Source: the human T2T-CHM13v2.0 reference genome, Homo sapiens. From it: a stretch of 64,000 bases of DNA. Each line of letters begins with the position of its first letter. Positions within the stretch are counted from its first letter, which is position 1. The DNA lies in NCBI RefSeq assembly GCF_009914755.1, contig NC_060933.1, one strand, 5' to 3'. The position numbers and the translations under genes are program-made. Positions 1 through 11,679 of this stretch are shown one piece after another. The notes under the pieces were generated by a model. It was not told the DNA's origin. It made no database searches and saw nothing but the letters and a program-made list of their open reading frames with translations.

Positions 1-333
1 GGATGAGTTCATGTCTTTTGCAGGTACATGGATGAAGCTGGAAACCATCATTCTCAGGAAACTAACACAAGAACAGAAAACCAAACACCACATGTTCTCA
101 CTCATAAGTGGGAGTTGAACAATGAGAACACCTGGACATAGGGTGGGGAACATCACACACTGGGGCCTGTTGGGGGGTGGGAGGGCTTGGGGAGGGATAG
201 CATTAGGAGAAATACCTAATGTAGATGACAGGTTGATGGGTGCAGCAAACCACCATGGCATGTGTATACCTATGTAACAAACCTGCACGTTCTGCACATG
301 TATCCCAGAACTTAAAGTATAATGAAATAAATA
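1..333 (+). mobile_element. L1PA7/8-like 3' end (ORF2 C-terminus and 3'UTR), runs off the window start
   Basis: ggatgaagctggaaaccatcattctc...gtgggagttga, G-rich 3'UTR tract, ends gtatcccagaacttaaagtataat plus short A-rich tail. Confidence 0.92.
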
Positions 334-399
334 ACTGAAAGTAAGCATTCACAATGCAAGAACAGGAGGACATTTTTAACAATATAAATTATAATGAAT

Positions 400-830
400 T
401 TTAAGAAAAAAATCAAAGCACCATCAACAGAAGAATCATCAGAGTAAAATAAGAAAATCATAGAAATTAAAAATCTTCCAATTCAAAAATTTGGAAGTTA
501 AAAGTTGACGAAGTCTCTCAATAAGTAGACGAAATAACAAAGAGATAAAATTTAGAAACGTTAAGAAGTTAAATTATTCATCTAGAAGGTCCAACATTCA
601 CTTAACTGGAGTCCTAGTAAATGAGAACAAAGGAAACAGGGAAAAGGCGGTTATCAAAGACATAGGTACATTTTTTTTCAAATGGAAAAATATATGTTTT
701 CATTTTTAAAGCAACTGACTACTCAGTAAAATTAATTGAAAAAAATTAAATGGGTATCACTGATAAATTCCAGAATGTCAGGGGAAAAGAGAAAATCTTT
801 TATTCATAGAAACAGAATTAGAATGAGAAA
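400..830 (+). mobile_element. Highly decayed old L1 (L1M/HAL1-like, ORF1 region)
   Basis: A-rich sense strand; tctagaaggtccaacattcacttaactggagtcctag resembles the conserved ORF1 'RSNIRLIGVPE' region. Confidence 0.45.
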
Positions 831-999
831 ATATTTCTAAAATATATTTAGTATGGAATTCAATCTTAATATCTCCAGTGAGATGGCAAGATAATATATG
901 ATTTATGATTTCAAATACCCACAGTCAACTTGAATTATAATCCTTGGTTACTGAAATTATGTGCAGGTATAATTAATGGAAATTTTAGTAATTTTTGGA

Positions 1000-1450
1000 A
1001 GTCAGATATCCCAAAGGAACAAAAGTCTGAGGCTCTGAGTTTTCATGCAGCTAGTTTTTTGGGGAGTTCTCTGATGAGCAACACCAATGAAGAGTGAAGA
1101 AAGCAGGATTAAACACAGGAGAAACTGAACTGTAATCATGCAGTTCTAACAGAGGTCTCACAACTCTCAGCGGCAACAGTGGTTGGGATGGCTATTCAGA
1201 GATTTCTCAATTGTGGCAACAATGTGGGGCTTTTTTTAACTCTCCCTGTCCCCAACAACTAATTATTATATGACAGCTTTCATCAGGGAATGGAGTTTAA
1301 CTTTTGGGATAGGATGATTTCCTTGGCTGAAAAAATTGCTTGGAGACTGACTCAGCTGGGAGCAATCAGCAACCAACAGTCTCGAACCTGGGGAAATGAG
1401 TGCCTTAGTCACAAAGGACATCTGTGTCACAAAACACAGCATCCACTACA
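1000..1450 (-). mobile_element. ERVL LTR (LTR16A-like), 3' LTR
   Basis: gaagaaagcaggatt...gaaactgaactgtaa...gcagttctaacagagg matches LTR16 as recalled; minus strand reads PPT-like ggggtgaac followed by TGTAGTGG at 1450. Confidence 0.65.
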
Positions 1451-1960
1451 GTTCACCCCAGCACTGCTCAGATCTATTTGTTCCATATAATAAGTTCACT
1501 CCAATTGGAAAAAGCTTCTCCATGATTCTTGTTAGTCTCTTTTTCTAGAAATTATAAAAGAGAAAAGGTAGTAAAACAAATGGCAGTCCCTACTACAATA
1601 GTTGGTCTCAGATTATCATAGGTGCTCATCATCTTCCTCCTCTAGTACCCATTTGAAATTGCCCACATCCTCAGTTAGTAACTGAACTGGTATTACTGGT
1701 TTATCAAGTCAGGTTAACACACTTTTATCTGTGAGGGTTCTGAGCCTCTGGTTACCATGTTCTTCTCACACTGCTGTGGCTGTTATTGTCCATGTATTGT
1801 CATGATTGAGTGAGAGAGTAATAAGAGACACTGCGGTTGTCAACTGTTTTCTACCTTGCCTTCATTGTGTAACCACAGTCCTACCTCTTACCACTCCCAG
1901 TATGATAACTCTGCTTTTGACTGCTAGGGTATAATGTGACTTGACCTTATTTATTGGGTC
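1451..1960 (-). mobile_element. ERVL (HERV16-type) internal remnant adjoining the LTR
   Basis: Contiguous with the PPT side of the LTR; degenerate, no ORF. Confidence 0.5.
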
Positions 1961-2019
1961 TCATGGTCAGGGTGAGAAATAAAATGCTCAGGAGAAAACA
2001 TGTTGTCTGGCATTTAAAA

Positions 2020-2240
2020 GTTAGGAGCCAATATTTTAATTCTCCCCATTAAAATCAATTAATTCAGTGCAGTTACAAACAAGAGCCCTGAAGGGTTTTG
2101 CTTTTGTTTTTGATGAAATTTAACAAACTGATCCAGAAATTTATGTATAAGAACAAGGGGAAGGTCAAGTAATTTGTAAGATGAAAATTTTCAAGGTGAA
2201 TAATACAGGCTGGGTTCCTCCCTCTTAGATATTAAGACTT
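2020..2240 (+). mobile_element. Old L1M ORF2 fragment
   Basis: ctccccattaaaatcaattaattcagtgcag...gaaatttaacaaactgatccagaaatttatgta resembles the ORF2 '[12 protein letters not shown]...KFIW' region. Confidence 0.6.
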
Positions 2241-2519
2241 CCTGTAATCCCAGCACTTTGGGAGGCAGAGGTGGGTGGATCATGAGGTCAGGAGATCGAG
2301 ACCATCCTGGCTAATATGGTGAAACGCCATCTCTACTAAAAATACGAAAAATCAGCTGGGCATGGTGGCAAGCGCCTGTAGTCCCAGCTACTCAGGAGGC
2401 TGAGGCGGGAGAATGGCATGAACCCGGGAGGCGGAGCTTGCAGTGAGCCGAGATCGCGTCACTACACTCCAGCCTGGGCGATACAGCGAGACTCCGTCTC
2501 AAAAAATATATATATATAT
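2241..2519 (+). mobile_element. AluY-like, missing about 21 nt at the 5' end; tail decayed to (AT)n
   Basis: gagatcgagaccatcctggctaa and gaatggcatgaacccgggaggcggagcttgcag diagnostics; no TSD evident. Confidence 0.93.
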
Positions 2520-2829
2520 TTTTCTGTATTTTAAAAATTATTTTGTAGTGAAAAAGGGAAAATGTACCTAAGGAAAACAAAAATCAGATGATAAATAAAG
2601 ATCAGAAGAGGGAAGATCCATCATTGCTGTGATTATATGAAATCTGAAGCTGCATTATTATAAAAATAGATAAATCCAATAAAATACCTTCACAGCATTT
2701 TCAGTCATAGCATAATCTGTGGTATTATGTTTAGTTATTAATTCTATATTTTAAAAGATATTCTGAAATTCTGAAGATTATGTAAACTCAAATGACCAGT
2801 GAGTGATATGAAAATCACACTTAAAACAG

Positions 2830-3200
2830 CAATAGCTGAGAAAAATGTGGACATTTAGCTTGGACAAAAAAGGACTTTTCAGGAATGGTTTGAGTCACGT
2901 ATTTTAAGGGTTGTCATGTGGAAGATGATGTTTATGTTCTTTAAGTCTCTAAAATGTTGAGTTAGAAAAAAGACGGATGGGAATTTGGACACAATAGATT
3001 TGAGCTCTATATTAGAAGAGTGGAGAGAAAAGGATCTGGGATTCAGAATTGTACACACAATGAAACAGTCTGCATTACAAAGAGTATTAGCTTTTCATCA
3101 CTGGAAGTGTTAGTTACAGAAGTTTGCAAAGAGCATTCCTATACGATTGGAGACTGCCACAACCTGAATAGCAACTAAGGTTTTTTTCTAGCTGAGGACT
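2830..3200 (+). mobile_element. L3/CR1 3' fragment
   Basis: ggacatttagcttggacaaaaaaggact, taagggttgtcatgtggaaga and tcatcactggaagtgtt resemble CR1/L3 3' motifs. Confidence 0.5.
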
Positions 3201-4186
3201 CTATTATTTATATACTAGGACTCAATTATTCATATTAAATTGAAGTAAAAAATAAATACTGTTTTCCAAGTCTCACAGTATCTCTTTGAAAGAGGAAATC
3301 TGGGTAATCTACTTGCCTTCAGGGCACCAATTCTTAATAGCATTTCCAAATATTCCAGCAGGGGCAGCAGGCATCTTTAAATGCCAGAGATTCTTGGGAC
3401 CCCAAGCAACCCTGGACACCCATTGATAAAAGCAAATTCAATACTTGATCAAAGTCTTGGTCCTGGGCTGTTTGGTTTGATATGAGATACATGGCAACCC
3501 TAGTAAAACTTCAAAGCTATTAATTTATCACAAACCTATAAATCAAAAATTTATATAGAGAGATTGTAATGAAGGCCATTTTTCTAATTCTGCCAATTAC
3601 CTGAAACAAAGAGCCCATTTCTCTGGGAAGCTCAGGTACAGTTTGATGCTGCAGTCAGTCACCAATGATCTGTTTGTTTGCAGGTGGTGACTGCTGCCTT
3701 CACATTTTCCTGTGAGGGGTTAGGAAAAGATTTCCAAAATGCTCTTTGCTTCACCACCATTTTAAAAACAATTACAGTGAGGGCGCCTGGGATGGAGTTT
3801 CCAGGACACCATTTCACGGATCGTTGCTCCAGTCCACTTATTCGTACAAGAGCAGTATTCTTGTTTTCCATCTCTCCTCACTGTGGGATTCCAGCTTTTG
3901 TGCCAAATATGAACCATTCTTGCTCTGAGCACCAGAAATACCCAGGATGTTCCAATTTACTGTGGTTGCTGGCCTCTGCAAGATAGTAAACCACACTTGA
4001 ATTGTTAAGATCATTATACTGAATATCTTCTTCCTTTTTTAGTCCCGTTAAAAAAAAAATGAGCGAGGGAGAAAGAAACACAGAAGGCAAAGAATTGTAG
4101 AATGCTTTTCAAAGCCAATAACTTTTCACCATGCTTCTGTATTTCTGTTAGCATGGAACCAACTTTCTTTCACAATTACTTTGTTA

Positions 4187-4508
4187 TTGTCCTGTCTAAT
4201 ATAGTAGCCACTAACTAACAGGTATGGTTATTGAGTACATGAAATGTTGCTATTGTGATTGAAGAACTGAATTTTTAATTAAATGAGATGTGCTAAAAGT
4301 GTAAAATACAGTGAATCTCAAAAACTAAGAAAAAATGTAATACTTCTCAAATATTTAAATATATAAATATATTAAAAGTATATTCAGATACATTTTGATA
4401 AACAAAATATATTATTAAAATAATCTCATCTTTTTCTTTTTACTTTTTAGTGTGGCTAGTAGAAAATTTAAAATTACTTATGTGTCTCATTTTGATTGGA
4501 CAGTGCTG
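4187..4508 (-). mobile_element. MER33-like hAT-Charlie DNA transposon
   Basis: Termini ctgtctaatatagtagccacta and gattggacagtgctg; internal gtggctagtagaaaatttaaaattac. Confidence 0.8.
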
Positions 4509-6456
4509 CCTATAAATTGAGTCTCTCTCTCTTGCTTTCTGTCTCTTTCCCTGGATTTGTGATAGTCCTGTAACTAATTCTCTTAGTGGTTAAGATGGTG
4601 GGAGATCGGCAATAGGACCAAGTGCATAGTATGCAGGCCTTAGTGCAGAATGAAAATGTGGAGCCCTTGATAAAAATTTAGAATTTTAATAAGGCTATAG
4701 AGGAACATTAAAACAAGTGTGGGGCTGTTATATATGTGAAGCCCTATGAGATTGCACAGATCTAACACCCATAAAGTTGGAGCTGATTGGTAACTGCCAA
4801 TTTGAGAACTACTGAGCCAGAACATGAGAGTCACTAAGGGCTATTACTCCAGGGACCTTCTAAAAAGAAAACGAAAAGTTTGAAATATTTGTTACTTTAC
4901 CTGTCATTTCCCAGTTCTCAATTTAGACCACAAAACTCAGATTCATCTCAAGTCAGCAAGTAAAACAGCAATAATAGATGGCTAGAAATAAAGCTTCAAA
5001 AATTACTCTGAAACTCTTGATAACATTTATGCTTTAAAATTGCAATTTTAAGTTTTCTTGCAGATATTTTATTATATAGAGCATCAGAGACTTGGTTGTC
5101 AGCTTATATTAAGTGCTTTTGAATGGCAGAATTCAAACAAGAAAATAACTTTAAAAAGCCTGTCTATACGAGGTAGTTAAGAAGAAGATAATAATTATCT
5201 GTAATGCTGAGGAAGTATTTGTTTAACACAAATGATAAAAGGGCTTGGGTTCTGAAATCTGTAGACCAGCTAAGTTTACCTTATATTTGTGAAAATGCAT
5301 TGGTGGTTGTGTTTTAAATCAAAGAGACAACTGTTGCACAGTGTTGGTGACAAGGGATCTTGTCTGAGCTTTACTACAGCAACATAACATCCAGGGCTTC
5401 CTTCAGTTTGAACTTTTACTGACTCTGTGAACTTAAAAGAAGTCATATTGTGCCCCTCTCTTAAGATTAATTTATTCAGTGATAAGGTGAGTGATGGTAA
5501 GCCAGGTACCTATCCAATCACAGTAAATACTAAGTTCCAGTACAAACTGAGCAACAGATCATATTTCAGAGTGCTGGAGCTGGAGCACAGGAATATTGCT
5601 ATAGAGAGGGAAAATTCCCAAATGTAAATCTTTGTGTGATGTGACTAAAAATATGGGGAGAATATGTATTAAATATATGAATAAATTAATAAAATGAAAT
5701 TGATTAAAGAAGAATAAAGGCAGTTATTTTTTCCAGAAACCCTACATCTGGTGTGATTAGACCGTAGTGAGTTCTTCAGAGCTCAAAGCTTCCACCTATG
5801 AATATTTTCTTCAATAAACATTTTTTCCTTTGCCTCACTGGTTGCCAATAGAAACATCTGCCTGGAGGACTCAGTTTAGCCAAGTCTCTCTCGTTTTTTT
5901 TTTTCTTTACAAGTCTTGAAAGAATATTTTGGCCTTCTTTCCTCTGATTAGTTTCCAAAATAGCAGTGGGAATTTAAATTAAAATCAACTTTTATCCAGT
6001 TCCTGCTAAATTCATCAAGAAAAGACTTAGAATATGAATCAGGTACAATTGTTGGGTTTCCTTGAACTTCACTAACCATCCATTCATTCCTCAAGGAAGA
6101 CAAAAGCTCATTTCTCCAAAAAATGAGTGTTGAATTGAATTCTATTTTTTTGTCCAGAATTTTTTTTCCTTTATCAGTCTCACTTGTCTGGACTGTGCTT
6201 AACTAAATAAAACAATACATCTTTACACCAAATTCCACAATGTGGTTTGCTAAAGTATGTCTTTTCCTCCTCCACCACCCTGCCTCTTACTTAAACTTCA
6301 TTTACTTTGACCCCAAAGTGTCTAGAATCAATATATTTGTACACAGTTAGCTGGTTTTGGGGATGATTCTCTATCTTGCCATTTTTACATGAGAGCAAGT
6401 TAGCTTAAAAACGTGGAGGCAAACCAACAGATGATATCAACAATTTCCTCCTGCTG

Positions 6457-6575
6457 CTACAAATAGGATGTTAACCTATTTTTAAAATAGATTTATTTTT
6501 AAAATTTTGTTTTCAAAATAGATTTATTTTAAAAATTTTATTTTCATAATAGTTGAACATCATCCTATTTAGTAG
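6457..6575. repeat. Inverted repeat enclosing a 31-bp tandem duplication
   Basis: aaataggatg (6461-6470) and catcctattt (6561-6570) are exact reverse complements; near-identical units at 6484-6514 and 6515-6545. Confidence 0.8.
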
Positions 6576-7929
6576 TTTAAAATCTTAAAATGTTTTGTTT
6601 TTTTTTTCTATTTTCCTACAATGAATAAAAATCACACATAAAGTTTAGCTAGAGAAATAACTCATCCAATGACTACAAGAGGCCCATGTTGCCTTTATTC
6701 TGAAGCTACTGATACTGGGAATTTGTAGAGTTTTGCCTAGAACATTCTGACTTCCCAAGCCACATCACAGAGATATCAGGCAACGGAGAGCAGTGCCATC
6801 TGTCAGTCCCTGGAGCCATCATCAAATAGGAGCTATGCAAGCCCAAGAGTTTTTGGCTGGAATAGGGGAAGTTCACAGAAACAGATTTTTCTTCATTTTT
6901 GTTCTCATGTTTTCAAACTCAGGAATCTTCAAAGGAAATGGAAGAAAGCATGAAACCGTGCACAATGAAATGATGAAAAATTCTGGCCAGCACACAGAAA
7001 TCAAGTTATCACATGGATGGGAAAGTTTTCTAATATGAGCACTATCTTCTGTTTTGTTTCTCTCCCCAGCATTTCCTGCTGCCTTCAGTTGACAACCCTA
7101 TTTACATCGCTTCTGAGAAGCTCAAGCTCAAAAAGACTGTTATGGAGACTTAGAAATTATGGTAAGGTTCTGGTGCCTTTACAAGGCCCTTTAGAGAATC
7201 ATGGGCAAAAGCAGTAACAGAATAAGAATTAAAGCACCACTTTATTAATATCTGTATTAGAACTCAAAACCACTTACATAGGCCTGCTTGGTATAAGTTG
7301 GTTTATAGCAAAGACTTTGAGTTTGAGAACAAATTGTGATTTCATTCCCTTCCTTTCCTACCAACATACTTTCTATTCCTCAAATCTAAATCCTGAGAAG
7401 AGGGGTCAGGCTTTAGAGAAAGTTATGGCACAAATTATGAATAATATCAGTAAAGTAGATTTGGGAAAAAGAACACATAAGCTTGACCCAGTAGATCTGT
7501 TTATTCTATTGACTTAGAAAATGGAAATCTCATGAGACAGGATGGATGGGACCTAGATTTAGATTCTTCCAGAAACTTTACCATGCCCACATGATTGGTA
7601 GCCAAACTCAATAGGAACCATAACAATAGCAACCCACCTTTCCAGGGTGGGTGGGAAAACTAGATAAATAGGTGAGCATATGAGTAACTAGCTGGCAAGG
7701 GGCAAGAACATTCATTATTTAACATATGCCACTCTAAAGATTGGCAAGATGTGGTGGTAGAATGGCTAATCTCCAAAAACTAACTAGCAAGATGCCAAAT
7801 GCACCCTGACAGATATATTCTGACAAATAAGATATCTCAATATGAAGTATTTGTGGTTTCAGCTTTCTTTTGAAGAGAGATCTGCAAAGGAATCACTATG
7901 CTCCAAAAGCATTAATTACCTATGAGAAA

Positions 7930-8480
7930 AACTGATTGCAAAAATGGTTAAATACTCCTCCTATATATAGGAGGAGTACTAGATACTAGATACTGCATAG
8001 GAGTACTAGATACTAGATACTAGACAGGAGTACTAGATACTCCTCCTAGATACAGGAGGAGTAGAGAATTTAATCATTTGGGCTAGCCATGTGTCATACA
8101 TTGGCCAATAGGAAGAAGAAGAAGACACGGCGTGTCAGTTTCAGCTTGCCCTCAATAGGCCTTTTACGTCCCCATTCATTCTATTAGAACTCTGCCACCC
8201 TCACGAAAACAAACCCATGCTAGCCTGGTGGAGTATGAGGAACTATGAAAAGAGCTGAGTCATTCCAAGTAAAGCCTTATATATTATGCCAGCCAGTCCA
8301 TAGCTGGCCCAGAGTAGACCAGTGATAAACGAGCAAGCCCAGCTGAAATCAGCAAAGCCAAGCCCTGGATGATGTAGATGATCCATAGACTTTACAACAA
8401 AAATAAATGTTTATTGTTCTATGTCATGGGTATGTGGTTATTATTTAGGCATCATTATTATGGCAAAAGATGACTGAGAT
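7930..8480 (+). mobile_element. MaLR LTR (MLT1F/G/H-like) interrupted by a palindromic patch
   Basis: tgattgcaaaaatgg start; gggctagccatgtg...ttggccaatagga; aataaatgtttattgtt...gcatcattattatggcaaaagatgactga end. Confidence 0.7.
7953..8063. repeat. Palindrome/7-mer micro-array
   Basis: Perfect 26-bp palindrome 7953-7978, (agatact)n units, and a second hairpin at 8038-8063. Confidence 0.92.
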
Positions 8481-8859
8481 AACCAGCCAGAACATTGTTA
8501 TCACCTAGACAAAGTAAACTAGGATTATATTTAAGATATGTTAAGCCAAGAGCATAGCCCAGACCTTTGGAAAATGATCAAATCTGGAAATTTTATAGAT
8601 CAGACTACATATATATTGCCATTTCACACATCTTTGACTTTAGCAATGTATATCTCTAGAGACGGGCAGGGATGCTATCCTTCTGTTTATAATATCCTTC
8701 TCATTTTTCTTTACATGCATAACTCATTCTTTAAGATTCAGGGCAAGATGTTAGCTCCTCCAGGAAATGGATGCTGAACTTACACTGAGTTTCCTGGGCA
8801 TATCTTTATTTTAGCTCTCAAAAGTGTACCGTAAGTAGAATCAATGTATTCACTTCTTT

Positions 8860-9250
8860 ATCTCCCCTTCTTCTTCAGCCCACTTCAATCTGGCTTCAAT
8901 CAACAGTCTTTGGAATTAGCTCTCAAAAGAAACTGTAATTATGAACAGCACCCATTCAAGGAACATTTATAAGTCCTTATCTCACTTGACTGCCTTGCAC
9001 ACTTAGAAACAACTGAACAATCTTCTGGAAGCATCTTTTTTTGTGTGTGGTAGTCATATACAATTATAACTTAGCTTTACTTCTGTGAATTTTTAAAATC
9101 TCTGTCTTTCCCTATGTCCTACTAAAGTGTAAAGTCAATGAGGGCAGAGATCCTGTCTTCTTTTTTTTATGAGGGCATACTCAGGGCCTAATACAGTGAG
9201 TGCCTGGCACAGAGTAGGTGCTCAATAAATACCTCTGCATGAGTGAATGC
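8860..9250 (+). mobile_element. L2 fragments including the 3' end
   Basis: gagggcagagatcctgtc...gtgcctggcacagagtaggtgctcaataaat...gagtgaatg. Confidence 0.8.
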
Positions 9251-9419
9251 AAGTATCACTTACCTTATTACATAAAAATCATTTTCCTACATTGATCTTA
9301 CCCCCACATGGTAAGCTTCCAGATGGCAAGGAAAAGGAATTATTTTGTATTTAGAGTGCCTAGCCCAGGGATTCAATTTTTGTAAGAATAAAAGCTAAAA
9401 CATCATTTTCCATAAATGT

Positions 9420-9520
9420 TTGCATCATTTTAAGACCCTTACATGTGTGATTTAATCTTTCAATGATCTGTGAGATTTAGAATTTCCCCCTATTTTACAG
9501 ATAAGGAAAATGAGGCACTA
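9420..9520 (-). mobile_element. MIR
   Basis: Core ccctattttacagataaggaaaatgaggcac. Confidence 0.75.
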
Positions 9521-9733
9521 GAAACTTCACAAGTATTTGTTAAACTGAACCATATGCTCTAACGGCAGACATACAGAAAAATGAAGAGGAATAGCTACTA
9601 ATACTGGGCTGGAAATACCTCAAAGAGGTGGCAAACCCCAACTCTGTCCATGTCTAGGGATACAGTGTGCTAAGTGTGTATTCCCTCCATTCAACTAGTA
9701 CAGGTCTGTAGAAAACTGTTCTGTGTTCCTGGG

Positions 9734-9802
9734 CCCTCTACCTGTCTCACAAGAATGTCTATCTACCCTCTACCTGGTCTCACAAGAATGTCTATCTACC
9801 CT
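9734..9802. repeat. 32/33-bp tandem duplication
   Basis: ccctctacct(g)gtctcacaagaatgtctatcta twice, followed by ccct. Confidence 0.95.
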
Positions 9803-10744
9803 TTGCTTCCTCATCATAGTCGTCTACGTGGAAATACCCCCTTTGTTCAGCCAGCCCACTGTTCTGATTTATTTCTTCTGCTCCATTACTTTAAGGTCTG
9901 CTCATCACATTAACCTAAATCCCTGGTGCAAGTCCTGACACACAAAAATATTCATTCGTTAATGAACACATCACCTCTTAATTTCCTAGACAAAGACTTT
10001 CTTGACTATCAAAAAAAAGTAACTCGTCCTTCATATGTTTCATGCTATATTTTGCTCTTTGCTACATGTAAAAGTAAAAATAACAATCTAAACTACAGCA
10101 TGAATGTGCAATTACATACTGTTTTTCACAGTTTTAATGTTTGTAGTCATGGAATTTGATTTTTGGCCTTAAAACTTCAGAGAACAGAGGTTAAATATAG
10201 TTAACCAACTTAAAACCATAGCCTGTGCTTCAAAATGGGCAAAATAAGAAGTGTATTGGTCACTTATTTGACCTGGATGATGATGATGAAAAAATAATAG
10301 CTTAGTAAATTGTCCTGCTTGGGAATTACCACAAGATAGAAGATGGAGACTATCAAATGTGAATCCAGAAATTATAGAGTTGGAAATACACCAAGACATT
10401 TTGAAAATAATCCTTACTTTTACAGAATGTGCTGTTTGTAGAAAGTTCCTTGATCAGTATGATTTTTTGCTCTATTCTCTGTCTATCGATTCAATATGCG
10501 AGTCCATTTAAATTTCCCTTCATCACGTTAAGATCATAGAGGAAATTGCGTACCTCAGGAACCAATTAAAGCTTAACTCACCTTCTTCTGACCGTCCCTC
10601 AGCAGCTGTTCCCAGAGAAAGTTGGAGAGAGCTCAAAGAAAAACTGCCTTGGAACAGACTCACCTGGAACTCATAGACTCCATCCGAGTCTGCACTGCCA
10701 GGGGCCTTGGCGTCTGTCTCTGAGTTGTCATTTCATTTAGCCTG

Positions 10745-10850
10745 AGTGTGGTGTTCTGTACTGGGTGCTAAGGGGAATTTAGGGCATAGATTAGACATAG
10801 TATTTACCCTCAGGAATCTCACAGTTTAATGGAGGAAATAAGATAAACAC
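10745..10850 (-). mobile_element. L2 fragment
   Basis: tactgggtgctaagggga...agacatagtatttaccctcaggaatctcacagtttaatggagga. Confidence 0.55.
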
Positions 10851-11679
10851 ACAGTGAATTAAGAGAAAGTAGATACATATGTACACATAAAAAATATTGA
10901 TTTAAGTTTGGGAAAGAAGAGGACATAGAGGCAAAGGGTTTAGATGCTAATTAGAAAAGTCTTGCTGATCAGCCTTCACATGAGTCTAAGTGGAAGGAAA
11001 ATTCTCTGTGTGCTGAAAGAAAAGGGACAGCTGTTCCAGAGAGGGATTTCTTTCTTTTCCCCCACCCCCACAGGGCCTGGATCAGGAGAAGCAACTCTGT
11101 ACTCACGGACTATAAATCACATCCACATGACTGACCACTTGGGTCAATGGATGATGCCACGGAGATACTTTCCCTTGGCCTTCTAGTAATCTTGGATTAG
11201 CCTGGTTAGCATGTATTATTTTCTCTGTTCCTAGCTCTTCACCTGTCAAGTGAGTTAATGTAAAATAGTTTATCTCTTTCATTAAAAACATGATGCTGGT
11301 CTGTTTGACAAAAATGCTTATATTACCCACTTTTGAGGAGGAATATGTAATTTATATAGGATGAATCTAATATAATATTTGCTCTCCTAAGGCCTGTATT
11401 TTTCCAGAACTGATGGCCAGGACCATGCTTGACTTTTGGCTTAGGATGGCACGCATAGGAAGTAGGCACTTAGGCTTTGCAGGAACGCTGCTACCCTGGG
11501 GAATTCCAGACAACATCACCCAAAGAGGTCTGCACAGTTCTGTGTCACATTGCTGCATTCTTATACTCCTCACATTCTGTTGGAATAACATTATCCCATT
11601 GAACAAACAAATTAAAACAAAACAAAATAATTTTTTTAAATTTCCAACATTTATGGAGTTAAAATGCTCTCTCTCTCTC

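Noticed and set aside
163-197. G-quadruplex-like tract
   Set aside because: Standard L1 3'UTR G-rich tract, explained by the element.
491-506. 16-mer ttggaagttaaaagtt also found near 52210, each close to an L1PA7/8-like 3' end
   Set aside because: A short AT-rich match of this length is plausible by chance in 64 kb, and the geometry does not fit a TSD or inversion breakpoint.
3678-3986. 102-aa ORF following tttgtttgcag
   Set aside because: Non-ATG start, no recognisable protein, no good downstream donor; cannot be supported as coding.
7953-8063. CRISPR-like or bacterial-style repeat array
   Set aside because: No constant repeat with unique spacers, no cas genes, and the context is primate repeat DNA.
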